Source: the human T2T-CHM13v2.0 reference genome, Homo sapiens. From it: a DNA stretch of 64,000 nucleotides. Positions 11,601-26,338 of the stretch are shown in pieces. The translations under genes and the position numbers were made by a program. The notes beneath the pieces are model-generated. The model searched no databases, was not told the origin of the DNA, and saw only the letters and a program-made list of their open reading frames with translations. Location of the stretch: the NCBI RefSeq assembly GCF_009914755.1, contig NC_060945.1, one strand, 5' to 3'. Numbering within the stretch: the first letter of the stretch is position 1; every line of letters begins with the position of its first letter.

Positions 11601-14274
11601 GCGATCGAAATGTCCACTTCCACAAACTACAAAAAGAGTGTTTCAAACCTGCTCTATGAAAGGCCATGTTCATCTCTATGAGTTGAATGGAAATATCCGA
11701 AAGAAATTTCTGGGAATGCTGCTGTCTAGTGTTTATACGAATTCCCGCTTCCAACGAAATCCTCAAAGCAATCCAAATATCCACTTGCAGAATCCACAAA
11801 AAGAGTGTTTCAAAACTGCTCTATCAATAGAAAGGTTCAACTCTTTTAGTTGAGTACACACATCACGAACAAGTTTCTGAGAATGCTTCTGTCTGGCTTT
11901 TATTGGAAGACGTTTCCTTTTCACCAAAGGCATCAAAGCGCTCCAAATGTCCACTTCCAGATTCTTCCAAAAGAGTGTTTCAAACGTGCTCAAAGTAAGG
12001 GAATGTTCAACTCTGTGACTTGAATGCAGATATCACCAAGTAGTTTCTAATAGTGCTTCTGCCTACATTTTAGATGATGATATTCCCTTTTCCAACGAAA
12101 TCGTTAGAGCTATCCAAATATCCAGTTACAGTTTCTACCAAAAGGGTGTTTCCAAATTGCTGCATCAAAAGAAAGGTTCAACTCTGTTAGTTGAGGACAC
12201 ACATCACAAAGAAGTTTGTGAGAATGCTTCTGTCTAGATTTTGTATGACGATATTCCCTTTTCCAACGATATCGTTAAAGCAATCTAAATATCAATTTGC
12301 AGAATCCACAAAAATAGAGTTTCAAAGCTGCTCTGTAAAAAGAAAGGTTCCACTCTGTTAGCTGAGTACACACATCACAAACTTGTTTCTGAGAATCCTT
12401 CTGTCTCGTTTTTATGGGAAGATATTTACTTTTCCACCGTAGGCATCAAAGCGCTCCAAATGTCCACATCCAGATACTCCAGAACGAGTGTTTCAAACCT
12501 GCTCTATGAAAGGGAATCTTCAACTCTATGAGTTGAATGCAGACATCAGAAAGAAATTTCTGAGAATGCTGCTGTCTACCTTTTATTTGAATTCCCGCTT
12601 CCAACGAAATCCTCCAAGCTATCCAAATATCCACCTGCATTTTCCACAAAAAGAGTGTTTCAAAACTGCTCTATCAATAGAAATGTTCAACTCCTTTGGC
12701 TGGGTACACACATCACAAACAAGTTTCTGAGAATGCTTCTGTCTAGTTTTTATGGGAAGACATTCCCTTTTTCACCAAAGACATCAAAGCGCTCCAAATG
12801 TCCACTTCCAGACACTACAAAAAGAGTGTTTCAAACGTGCTCTAAGAAAGCGAATGTTCAACTCTGTGACTTGAATGCAGATATCACAAAGTAGTTTCTG
12901 AGAGGGCTTCTGTCTAGATTTTAGATGATGATATTCCCGTTTCCAACGAAATCATTAGAGCTATCCAAATATCCACTTACAGTTTCTACAAAAAGAGTGT
13001 TTCCAAACTGCTGCATCAAAAGAGAGGTTCCACTCTGTTAGCCGAGTACACACATCACAAACTTGTTTCTCAGAATCCTTCTGTCTCGTTTTTATGGGAA
13101 GATATTTACTTTTTCACCGTAGGCATCAAAGCGCTCCAAATGTCCACATCCAGATACTCCAGAAAGAGTGTTTCAAACCTGCTCTATGAAAGGGAATCTT
13201 CAACTCTATGAGTTGAATGCAGACATCAGAAAGAAATTTCTGAGAATGCTGCTGTCTACCTTTTATTTGAATTCCCGCTTCCAACGAAATCCTCCAAGCT
13301 ATCCAAATATCCACTTGCAGATTCCACAAAAAGAGTGTTTCAAAACTGCTCTCTATCAATGGCAAAGTTCAACTCTGTTAGTTGAGGACACATATCACCA
13401 ACAAGTTTCTGAGAATGCTTCTGTCTATTTTTTATGGGAAGATATTTCCTTTTTCACCGTAGGCGTCAAGGCGATCGAAATGTCCACTTCCACAAACTAC
13501 AAAAAGAGTGTTTCAAACCTGCTCTATGAAAGGCCATGTTCATCTCTATGAGTTGAATGGAAATATCCGAAAGAAATTTCTGGGAATGCTGCTGTCTAGT
13601 GTTTATACGAATTCCCGCTTCCAACGTAATCCTCAAAGCAATCCAAATATCCACTTGCAGAATCCACAAAAAGAGTGTTTCAAAACTGCTCTATCAATAG
13701 AAAGGTTCAACTCTTTTAGTTGAGTACACACATCACGAACAAGTTTCTGAGAATGCTTCTGTCTGGCTTTTATTGGAAGACGTTTCCTTTTCACCAAAGG
13801 CATCAAAGCGCTCCAAATGTCCACTTCCAGATTCTTCCAAAAGAGTGTTTCAAACGTGCTCAAAGTAAGGGAATGTTCAACTCTGTGACTTGAATGCAGA
13901 TATCACCAAGTAGTTTCTAATAGTGCTTCTGTCTACATTTTAGATGATGATATTCCCGTTTCAAACGAAATCGCTAGAGCTATCCAAATATCCAGTTACA
14001 GTTTCTACCAAAAGGGTGTTTCCAAATTGCTGCATCAAAAGAAAGGTTCAACTCTGTTAGTTGAGGACACACATCACAAAGAAGTTTGTGAGAATGCTTC
14101 TGTCTAGATTTTGTATGACGATATTCCCTTTTCCAACGATATCGTTAAAGCAATCTAAATATCAATTTGCAGAATCCACAAAAATAGAGTTTCAAAGCTG
14201 CTCTGTAAAAAGAAAGGTTCCACTCTGTTAGCTGAGTACACACATCACAAACTTGTTTCTCAGAATCCTTCTGT

Positions 14275-15802
14275 CTCGTTTTTATGGGAAGATACTTACT
14301 TTTCCACCGTAGGCATCAAAGCGCTCCAAATGTCCACATCCAGATACTCCAGAACGAGTGTTTCAAACCTGCTCTATGAAAGGGAATCTTCAACTCTATG
14401 AGTTGAATGCAGACATCAGAAAGAAATTTCTGAGAATGCTGCTGTCTACCTTTTATTTGAATTCCCGCTTCCAACGAAATCCTCCAAGCTATCCAAATAT
14501 CCACCTGCATTTTCCACAACAAGAGTGTTTCAAAACTGCTCTATCAATAGAAATGTTCAACTCCTTTGGCTGGGTACACACATCACAAACAAGTTTCTGA
14601 GAATGCTTCTGTCTAGTTTTTATGGGAAGACGTTCCCTTTTTCACCAAAGGCATCCAAGCGCTCCAAATGTCCACATCCAGATACTCCAGAAAGAGTGTT
14701 TCAAACCTGCTCTATGAAAGGGAATCTTCAACTCTATGAGTTGAATGCAGACATCAGAAAGAAATTTCTGAGAATGCTGCTGTCTACCTTTTATTTGAAT
14801 TCCCGCTTCCAACGAAATCCTCCAAGCTATCCAAATATCCACTTGCAGATTCCACAAAAAGAGTGTTTCAAAACTGCTCTCTATCAATGGCAAAGTTCAA
14901 CTCTGTTAGTTGAGGACACATATCACCAACAAGTTTCTGAGAATGCTTCTGTCTATTTTTTATGGGAAGATATTTCCTTTTTCACCGTAGGCGTCAAGGC
15001 GATCGAAATGTCCACTTCCACAAACTACAAAAAGAGTGTTTCAAACCTGCTCTATGAAAGGCCATGTTCATCTCTATGAGTTGAATGGAAATATCCGAAA
15101 GAAATTTCTGGGAATGCTGCTGTCTAGTGTTTATACGAATTCCCGCTTCCAACGAAATCCTCAAAGCAATCCAAATATCCACTTGCAGAATCCACAAAAA
15201 GAGTGTTTCAAAACTGCTCTATCAATAGAAAGGTTCAACTCTTTTAGTTGAGTACACACATCACGAACAAGTTTCTGAGAATGCTTCTGTCTGGCTTTTA
15301 TTGGAAGACGTTTCCTTTTCAACAAAGGCATCAAAGCGCTCCAAATGTCCACTTCCAGATTCTTCCAAAAGAGTGTTTCAAACGTGCTCAAAGTAAGGGA
15401 ATGTTCAACTCTGTGACTTGAATGCAGATATCACCAAGTAGTTTCTAATAGTGCTTCTGTCTACATTTTAGATGATGATATTCCCTTTTCCAACGAAATC
15501 GTTAGAGCTATCCAAATATCCAGTTACAGTTTCTACCAAAAGGGTGTTTCCAAATTGCTGCATCAAAAGAAAGGTTCAACTCTGTTAGTTGAGGACACAC
15601 ATCACAAAGAAGTTTGTGAGAATGCTTCTGTCTAGATTTTGTATGACGATATTCCCTTTTCCAACGATATCGTTAAAGCAATCTAAATATCAATTTGCAG
15701 AATCCACAAAAATAGAGTTTCAAAGCTGCTCTGTAAAAAGAAAGGTTCCACTCTGTTAGCTGAGTACACACATCACAAACTTGTTTCTGAGAATCCTTCT
15801 GT
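14275..15802 (-). repeat. 9-mer HOR variant
   Basis: 1,528-bp spacing; same junction at ~14650-14662. Confidence 0.93.
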
Positions 15803-17672
15803 CTCGTTTTTATGGGAAGATATTTACTTTTCCACCGTAGGCATCAAAGCGCTCCAAATGTCCACATCCAGATACTCCAGAACGAGTGTTTCAAACCTGC
15901 TCTATGAAAGGGAATCTTCAACTCTATGAGTTGAATGCAGACATCAGAAAGAAATTTCTGAGAATGCTGCTGTCTACCTTTTATTTGAATTCCCGCTTCC
16001 AACGAAATCCTCCAAGCTATCCAAATATCCACCTGCATTTTCCACAAAAAGAGTGTTTCAAAACTGCTCTATCAATAGAAATGTTCAACTCCTTTGGCTG
16101 GGTACACACATCACAAACAAGTTTCTGAGAATGCTTCTGTCTAGTTTTTATGGGAAGACATTCCCTTTTTCACCAAAGACATCAAAGCGCTCCAAATGTC
16201 CACTTCCAGACACTACAAAAAGAGTGTTTCAAACGTGCTCTAAGAAAGCGAATGTTCAACTCTGTGACTTGAATGCAGATATCACAAAGTAGTTTCTGAG
16301 AGGGCTTCTGTCTAGATTTTAGATGATGATATTCCCGTTTCCAACGAAATCATTAGAGCTATCCAAATATCCACTTACAGTTTCTACAAAAAGAGTGTTT
16401 CCAAACTGCTGCATCAAAAGAGAGGTTCCACTCTGTTAGCCGAGTACACACATCACAAACTTGTTTCTCAGAATCCTTCTGTCTCGTTTTTATGGGAAGA
16501 TATTTACTTTTTCACCGTAGGCATCAAAGCGCTCCAAATGTCCACATCCAGATACTCCAGAAAGAGTGTTTCAAACCTGCTCTATGAAAGGGAATCTTCA
16601 ACTCTATGAGTTGAATGCAGACATCAGAAAGAAATTTCTGAGAATGCTGCTGTCTACCTTTTATTTGAATTCCCGCTTCCAACGAAATCCTCCAAGCTAT
16701 CCAAATATCCACTTGCAGATTCCACAAAAAGAGTGTTTCAAAACTGCTCTCTATCAATGGCAAAGTTCAACTCTGTTAGTTGAGGACACATATCACCAAC
16801 AAGTTTCTGAGAATGCTTCTGTCTATTTTTTATGGGAAGATATTTCCTTTTTCACCGTAGGCGTCAAGGCGATCGAAATGTCCACTTCCACAAACTACAA
16901 AAAGAGTGTTTCAAACCTGCTCTATGAAAGGCCATGTTCATCTCTATGAGTTGAATGGAAATATCCGAAAGAAATTTCTGGGAATGCTGCTGTCTAGTGT
17001 TTATACGAATTCCCGCTTCCAACGTAATCCTCAAAGCAATCCAAATATCCACTTGCAGAATCCACAAAAAGAGTGTTTCAAAACTGCTCTATCAATAGAA
17101 AGGTTCAACTCTTTTAGTTGAGTACACACATCACGAACAAGTTTCTGAGAATGCTTCTGTCTGGCTTTTATTGGAAGACGTTTCCTTTTCACCAAAGGCA
17201 TCAAAGCGCTCCAAATGTCCACTTCCAGATTCTTCCAAAAGAGTGTTTCAAACGTGCTCAAAGTAAGGGAATGTTCAACTCTGTGACTTGAATGCAGATA
17301 TCACCAAGTAGTTTCTAATAGTGCTTCTGTCTACATTTTAGATGATGATATTCCCGTTTCCAACGAAATCGCTAGAGCTATCCAAATATCCAGTTACAGT
17401 TTCTACCAAAAGGGTGTTTCCAAATTGCTGCATCAAAAGAAAGGTTCAACTCTGTTAGTTGAGGACACACATCACAAAGAAGTTTGTGAGAATGCTTCTG
17501 TCTAGATTTTGTATGACGATATTCCCTTTTCCAACGATATCGTTAAAGCAATCTAAATATCAATTTGCAGAATCCACAAAAATAGAGTTTCAAAGCTGCT
17601 CTGTAAAAAGAAAGGTTCCACTCTGTTAGCTGAGTACACACATCACAAACTTGTTTCTCAGAATCCTTCTGT

Positions 17673-19200
17673 CTCGTTTTTATGGGAAGATACTTACTTT
17701 TCCACCGTAGGCATCAAAGCGCTCCAAATGTCCACATCCAGATACTCCAGAACGAGTGTTTCAAACCTGCTCTATGAAAGGGAATCTTCAACTCTATGAG
17801 TTGAATGCAGACATCAGAAAGAAATTTCTGAGAATGCTGCTGTCTACCTTTTATTTGAATTCCCGCTTCCAACGAAATCCTCCAAGCTATCCAAATATCC
17901 ACCTGCATTTTCCACAACAAGAGTGTTTCAAAACTGCTCTATCAATAGAAATGTTCAACTCCTTTGGCTGGGTACACACATCACAAACAAGTTTCTGAGA
18001 ATGCTTCTGTCTAGTTTTTATGGGAAGACGTTCCCTTTTTCACCAAAGGCATCCAAGCGCTCCAAATGTCCACATCCAGATACTCCAGAAAGAGTGTTTC
18101 AAACCTGCTCTATGAAAGGGAATCTTCAACTCTATGAGTTGAATGCAGACATCAGAAAGAAATTTCTGAGAATGCTGCTGTCTACCTTTTATTTGAATTC
18201 CCGCTTCCAACGAAATCCTCCAAGCTATCCAAATATCCACTTGCAGATTCCACAAAAAGAGTGTTTCAAAACTGCTCTCTATCAATGGCAAAGTTCAACT
18301 CTGTTAGTTGAGGACACATATCACCAACAAGTTTCTGAGAATGCTTCTGTCTATTTTTTATGGGAAGATATTTCCTTTTTCACCGTAGGCGTCAAGGCGA
18401 TCGAAATGTCCACTTCCACAAACTACAAAAAGAGTGTTTCAAACCTGCTCTATGAAAGGCCATGTTCATCTCTATGAGTTGAATGGAAATATCCGAAAGA
18501 AATTTCTGGGAATGCTGCTGTCTAGTGTTTATACGAATTCCCGCTTCCAACGAAATCCTCAAAGCAATCCAAATATCCACTTGCAGAATCCACAAAAAGA
18601 GTGTTTCAAAACTGCTCTATCAATAGAAAGGTTCAACTCTTTTAGTTGAGTACACACATCACGAACAAGTTTCTGAGAATGCTTCTGTCTGGCTTTTATT
18701 GGAAGACGTTTCCTTTTCAACAAAGGCATCAAAGCGCTCCAAATGTCCACTTCCAGATTCTTCCAAAAGAGTGTTTCAAACGTGCTCAAAGTAAGGGAAT
18801 GTTCAACTCTGTGACTTGAATGCAGATATCACCAAGTAGTTTCTAATAGTGCTTCTGCCTACATTTTAGATGATGATATTCCCTTTTCCAACGAAATCGT
18901 TAGAGCTATCCAAATATCCAGTTACAGTTTCTACCAAAAGGGTGTTTCCAAATTGCTGCATCAAAAGAAAGGTTCAACTCTGTTAGTTGAGGACACACAT
19001 CACAAAGAAGTTTGTGAGAATGCTTCTGTCTAGATTTTGTATGACGATATTCCCTTTTCCAACGATATCGTTAAAGCAATCTAAATATCAATTTGCAGAA
19101 TCCACAAAAATAGAGTTTCAAAGCTGCTCTGTAAAAAGAAAGGTTCCACTCTGTTAGCTGAGTACACACATCACAAACTTGTTTCTGAGAATCCTTCTGT
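17673..19200 (-). repeat. 9-mer HOR variant
   Basis: 1,528-bp spacing; same junction at ~18048-18060. Confidence 0.93.
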
Positions 19201-22200
19201 CTCGTTTTTATGGGAAGATATTTACTTTTCCACCGTAGGCATCAAAGCGCTCCAAATGTCCACATCCAGATACTCCAGAACGAGTGTTTCAAACCTGCTC
19301 TATGAAAGGGAATCTTCAACTCTATGAGTTGAATGCAGACATCAGAAAGAAATTTCTGAGAATGCTGCTGTCTACCTTTTATTTGAATTCCCGCTTCCAA
19401 CGAAATCCTCCAAGCTATCCAAATATCCACCTGCATTTTCCACAAAAAGAGTGTTTCAAAACTGCTCTATCAATAGAAATGTTCAACTCCTTTGGCTGGG
19501 TACACACATCACAAACAAGTTTCTGAGAATGCTTCTGTCTAGTTTTTATGGGAAGACATTCCCTTTTTCACCAAAGACATCAAAGCGCTCCAAATGTCCA
19601 CTTCCAGACACTACAAAAAGAGTGTTTCAAACGTGCTCTAAGAAAGCGAATGTTCAACTCTGTGACTTGAATGCAGATATCACAAAGTAGTTTCTGAGAG
19701 GGCTTCTGTCTAGATTTTAGATGATGATATTCCCGTTTCCAACGAAATCATTAGAGCTATCCAAATATCCACTTACAGTTTCTACAAAAAGAGTGTTTCC
19801 AAACTGCTGCATCAAAAGAGAGGTTCCACTCTGTTAGCTGAGTACACACATCACAAACTTGTTTCTCAGAATCCTTCTGTCTCGTTTTTATGGGAAGATA
19901 TTTACTTTTTCACCGTAGGCATCAAAGCGCTCCAAATGTCCACATCCAGATACTCCAGAAAGAGTGTTTCAAACCTGCTCTATGAAAGGGAATCTTCAAC
20001 TCTATGAGTTGAATGCAGACATCAGAAAGAAATTTCTGAGAATGCTGCTGTCTACCTTTTATTTGAATTCCCGCTTCCAACGAAATCCTCCAAGCTATCC
20101 AAATATCCACTTGCAGATTCCACAAAAAGAGTGTTTCAAAACTGCTCTCTATCAATGGCAAAGTTCAACTCTGTTAGTTGAGGACACATATCACCAACAA
20201 GTTTCTGAGAATGCTTCTGTCTATTTTTTATGGGAAGATATTTCCTTTTTCACCGTAGGCGTCAAGGCGATCGAAATGTCCACTTCCACAAACTACAAAA
20301 AGAGTGTTTCAAACCTGCTCTATGAAAGGCCATGTTCATCTCTATGAGTTGAATGGAAATATCCGAAAGAAATTTCTGGGAATGCTGCTGTCTAGTGTTT
20401 ATACGAATTCCCGCTTCCAACGAAATCCTCAAAGCAATCCAAATATCCACTTGCAGAATCCACAAAAAGAGTGTTTCAAAACTGCTCTATCAATAGAAAG
20501 GTTCAACTCTTTTAGTTGAGTACACACATCACGAACAAGTTTCTGAGAATGCTTCTGTCTGGCTTTTATTGGAAGACGTTTCCTTTTCAACAAAGGCATC
20601 AAAGCGCTCCAAATGTCCACTTCCAGATTCTTCCAAAAGAGTGTTTCAAACGTGCTCAAAGTAAGGGAATGTTCAACTCTGTGACTTGAATGCAGATATC
20701 ACCAAGTAGTTTCTAATAGTGCTTCTGCCTACATTTTAGATGATGATATTCCCTTTTCCAACGAAATCGTTAGAGCTATCCAAATATCCAGTTACAGTTT
20801 CTACCAAAAGGGTGTTTCCAAATTGCTGCATCAAAAGAAAGGTTCAACTCTGTTAGTTGAGGACACACATCACAAAGAAGTTTGTGAGAATGCTTCTGTC
20901 TAGATTTTGTATGACGATATTCCCTTTTCCAACGATATCGTTAAAGCAATCTAAATATCAATTTGCAGAATCCACAAAAATAGAGTTTCAAAGCTGCTCT
21001 GTAAAAAGAAAGGTTCCACTCTGTTAGCTGAGTACACACATCACAAACTTGTTTCTGAGAATCCTTCTGTCTCGTTTTTATGGGAAGATATTTACTTTTC
21101 CACCGTAGGCATCAAAGCGCTCCAAATGTCCACATCCAGATACTCCAGAACGAGTGTTTCAAACCTGCTCTATGAAAGGGAATCTTCAACTCTATGAGTT
21201 GAATGCAGACATCAGAAAGAAATTTCTGAGAATGCTGCTGTCTACCTTTTATTTGAATTCCCGCTTCCAACGAAATCCTCCAAGCTATCCAAATATCCAC
21301 CTGCATTTTCCACAAAAAGAGTGTTTCAAAACTGCTCTATCAATAGAAATGTTCAACTCCTTTGGCTGGGTACACACATCACAAACAAGTTTCTGAGAAT
21401 GCTTCTGTCTAGTTTTTATGGGAAGACATTCCCTTTTTCACCAAAGACATCAAAGCGCTCCAAATGTCCACTTCCAGACACTACAAAAAGAGTGTTTCAA
21501 ACGTGCTCTAAGAAAGCGAATGTTCAACTCTGTGACTTGAATGCAGATATCACAAAGTAGTTTCTGAGAGGGCTTCTGTCTAGATTTTAGATGATGATAT
21601 TCCCGTTTCCAACGAAATCATTAGAGCTATCCAAATATCCACTTACAGTTTCTACAAAAAGAGTGTTTCCAAACTGCTGCATCAAAAGAGAGGTTCCACT
21701 CTGTTAGCTGAGTACACACATCACAAACTTGTTTCTCAGAATCCTTCTGTCTCGTTTTTATGGGAAGATATTTACTTTTTCACCGTAGGCATCAAAGCGC
21801 TCCAAATGTCCACATCCAGATACTCCAGAAAGAGTGTTTCAAACCTGCTCTATGAAAGGGAATCTTCAACTCTATGAGTTGAATGCAGACATCAGAAAGA
21901 AATTTCTGAGAATGCTGCTGTCTACCTTTTATTTGAATTCCCGCTTCCAACGAAATCCTCCAAGCTATCCAAATATCCACTTGCAGATTCCACAAAAAGA
22001 GTGTTTCAAAACTGCTCTCTATCAATGGCAAAGTTCAACTCTGTTAGTTGAGGACACATATCACCAACAAGTTTCTGAGAATGCTTCTGTCTATTTTTTA
22101 TGGGAAGATATTTCCTTTTTCACCGTAGGCGTCAAGGCGATCGAAATGTCCACTTCCACAAACTACAAAAAGAGTGTTTCAAACCTGCTCTATGAAAGGC

Positions 22201-22940
22201 CATGTTCATCTCTATGAGTTGAATGGAAATATCCGAAAGAAATTTCTGGGAATGCTGCTGTCTAGTGTTTATACGAATTCCCGCTTCCAACGTAATCCTC
22301 AAAGCAATCCAAATATCCACTTGCAGAATCCACAAAAAGAGTGTTTCAAAACTGCTCTATCAATAGAAAGGTTCAACTCTTTTAGTTGAGTACACACATC
22401 ACGAACAAGTTTCTGAGAATGCTTCTGTCTGGCTTTTATTGGAAGACGTTTCCTTTTCACCAAAGGCATCAAAGCGCTCCAAATGTCCACTTCCAGATTC
22501 TTCCAAAAGAGTGTTTCAAACGTGCTCAAAGTAAGGGAATGTTCAACTCTGTGACTTGAATGCAGATATCACCAAGTAGTTTCTAATAGTGCTTCTGTCT
22601 ACATTTTAGATGATGATATTCCCGTTTCCAACGAAATCGCTAGAGCTATCCAAATATCCAGTTACAGTTTCTACCAAAAGGGTGTTTCCAAATTGCTGCA
22701 TCAAAAGAAAGGTTCAACTCTGTTAGTTGAGGACACACATCACAAAGAAGTTTGTGAGAATGCTTCTGTCTAGATTTTGTATGACGATATTCCCTTTTCC
22801 AACGATATCGTTAAAGCAATCTAAATATCAATTTGCAGAATCCACAAAAATAGAGTTTCAAAGCTGCTCTGTAAAAAGAAAGGTTCCACTCTGTTAGCTG
22901 AGTACACACATCACAAACTTGTTTCTCAGAATCCTTCTGT

Positions 22941-24468
22941 CTCGTTTTTATGGGAAGATACTTACTTTTCCACCGTAGGCATCAAAGCGCTCCAAATGTC
23001 CACATCCAGATACTCCAGAACGAGTGTTTCAAACCTGCTCTATGAAAGGGAATCTTCAACTCTATGAGTTGAATGCAGACATCAGAAAGAAATTTCTGAG
23101 AATGCTGCTGTCTACCTTTTATTTGAATTCCCGCTTCCAACGAAATCCTCCAAGCTATCCAAATATCCACCTGCATTTTCCACAACAAGAGTGTTTCAAA
23201 ACTGCTCTATCAATAGAAATGTTCAACTCCTTTGGCTGGGTACACACATCACAAACAAGTTTCTGAGAATGCTTCTGTCTAGTTTTTATGGGAAGACGTT
23301 CCCTTTTTCACCAAAGGCATCCAAGCGCTCCAAATGTCCACATCCAGATACTCCAGAAAGAGTGTTTCAAACCTGCTCTATGAAAGGGAATCTTCAACTC
23401 TATGAGTTGAATGCAGACATCAGAAAGAAATTTCTGAGAATGCTGCTGTCTACCTTTTATTTGAATTCCCGCTTCCAACGAAATCCTCCAAGCTATCCAA
23501 ATATCCACTTGCAGATTCCACAAAAAGAGTGTTTCAAAACTGCTCTCTATCAATGGCAAAGTTCAACTCTGTTAGTTGAGGACACATATCACCAACAAGT
23601 TTCTGAGAATGCTTCTGTCTATTTTTTATGGGAAGATATTTCCTTTTTCACCGTAGGCGTCAAGGCGATCGAAATGTCCACTTCCACAAACTACAAAAAG
23701 AGTGTTTCAAACCTGCTCTATGAAAGGCCATGTTCATCTCTATGAGTTGAATGGAAATATCCGAAAGAAATTTCTGGGAATGCTGCTGTCTAGTGTTTAT
23801 ACGAATTCCCGCTTCCAACGAAATCCTCAAAGCAATCCAAATATCCACTTGCAGAATCCACAAAAAGAGTGTTTCAAAACTGCTCTATCAATAGAAAGGT
23901 TCAACTCTTTTAGTTGAGTACACACATCACGAACAAGTTTCTGAGAATGCTTCTGTCTGGCTTTTATTGGAAGACGTTTCCTTTTCAACAAAGGCATCAA
24001 AGCGCTCCAAATGTCCACTTCCAGATTCTTCCAAAAGAGTGTTTCAAACGTGCTCAAAGTAAGGGAATGTTCAACTCTGTGACTTGAATGCAGATATCAC
24101 CAAGTAGTTTCTAATAGTGCTTCTGCCTACATTTTAGATGATGATATTCCCTTTTCCAACGAAATCGTTAGAGCTATCCAAATATCCAGTTACAGTTTCT
24201 ACCAAAAGGGTGTTTCCAAATTGCTGCATCAAAAGAAAGGTTCAACTCTGTTAGTTGAGGACACACATCACAAAGAAGTTTGTGAGAATGCTTCTGTCTA
24301 GATTTTGTATGACGATATTCCCTTTTCCAACGATATCGTTAAAGCAATCTAAATATCAATTTGCAGAATCCACAAAAATAGAGTTTCAAAGCTGCTCTGT
24401 AAAAAGAAAGGTTCCACTCTGTTAGCTGAGTACACACATCACAAACTTGTTTCTGAGAATCCTTCTGT
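22941..24468 (-). repeat. 9-mer HOR variant
   Basis: 1,528-bp spacing; same junction at ~23316-23328. Confidence 0.93.
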
Positions 24469-26338
24469 CTCGTTTTTATGGGAAGATATTTACTTTTCCA
24501 CCGTAGGCATCAAAGCGCTCCAAATGTCCACATCCAGATACTCCAGAACGAGTGTTTCAAACCTGCTCTATGAAAGGGAATCTTCAACTCTATGAGTTGA
24601 ATGCAGACATCAGAAAGAAATTTCTGAGAATGCTGCTGTCTACCTTTTATTTGAATTCCCGCTTCCAACGAAATCCTCCAAGCTATCCAAATATCCACCT
24701 GCATTTTCCACAAAAAGAGTGTTTCAAAACTGCTCTATCAATAGAAATGTTCAACTCCTTTGGCTGGGTACACACATCACAAACAAGTTTCTGAGAATGC
24801 TTCTGTCTAGTTTTTATGGGAAGACATTCCCTTTTTCACCAAAGACATCAAAGCGCTCCAAATGTCCACTTCCAGACACTACAAAAAGAGTGTTTCAAAC
24901 GTGCTCTAAGAAAGCGAATGTTCAACTCTGTGACTTGAATGCAGATATCACAAAGTAGTTTCTGAGAGGGCTTCTGTCTAGATTTTAGATGATGATATTC
25001 CCGTTTCCAACGAAATCATTAGAGCTATCCAAATATCCACTTACAGTTTCTACAAAAAGAGTGTTTCCAAACTGCTGCATCAAAAGAGAGGTTCCACTCT
25101 GTTAGCCGAGTACACACATCACAAACTTGTTTCTCAGAATCCTTCTGTCTCGTTTTTATGGGAAGATATTTACTTTTTCACCGTAGGCATCAAAGCGCTC
25201 CAAATGTCCACATCCAGATACTCCAGAAAGAGTGTTTCAAACCTGCTCTATGAAAGGGAATCTTCAACTCTATGAGTTGAATGCAGACATCAGAAAGAAA
25301 TTTCTGAGAATGCTGCTGTCTACCTTTTATTTGAATTCCCGCTTCCAACGAAATCCTCCAAGCTATCCAAATATCCACTTGCAGATTCCACAAAAAGAGT
25401 GTTTCAAAACTGCTCTCTATCAATGGCAAAGTTCAACTCTGTTAGTTGAGGACACATATCACCAACAAGTTTCTGAGAATGCTTCTGTCTATTTTTTATG
25501 GGAAGATATTTCCTTTTTCACCGTAGGCGTCAAGGCGATCGAAATGTCCACTTCCACAAACTACAAAAAGAGTGTTTCAAACCTGCTCTATGAAAGGCCA
25601 TGTTCATCTCTATGAGTTGAATGGAAATATCCGAAAGAAATTTCTGGGAATGCTGCTGTCTAGTGTTTATACGAATTCCCGCTTCCAACGTAATCCTCAA
25701 AGCAATCCAAATATCCACTTGCAGAATCCACAAAAAGAGTGTTTCAAAACTGCTCTATCAATAGAAAGGTTCAACTCTTTTAGTTGAGTACACACATCAC
25801 GAACAAGTTTCTGAGAATGCTTCTGTCTGGCTTTTATTGGAAGACGTTTCCTTTTCACCAAAGGCATCAAAGCGCTCCAAATGTCCACTTCCAGATTCTT
25901 CCAAAAGAGTGTTTCAAACGTGCTCAAAGTAAGGGAATGTTCAACTCTGTGACTTGAATGCAGATATCACCAAGTAGTTTCTAATAGTGCTTCTGTCTAC
26001 ATTTTAGATGATGATATTCCCGTTTCCAACGAAATCGCTAGAGCTATCCAAATATCCAGTTACAGTTTCTACCAAAAGGGTGTTTCCAAATTGCTGCATC
26101 AAAAGAAAGGTTCAACTCTGTTAGTTGAGGACACACATCACAAAGAAGTTTGTGAGAATGCTTCTGTCTAGATTTTGTATGACGATATTCCCTTTTCCAA
26201 CGATATCGTTAAAGCAATCTAAATATCAATTTGCAGAATCCACAAAAATAGAGTTTCAAAGCTGCTCTGTAAAAAGAAAGGTTCCACTCTGTTAGCTGAG
26301 TACACACATCACAAACTTGTTTCTCAGAATCCTTCTGT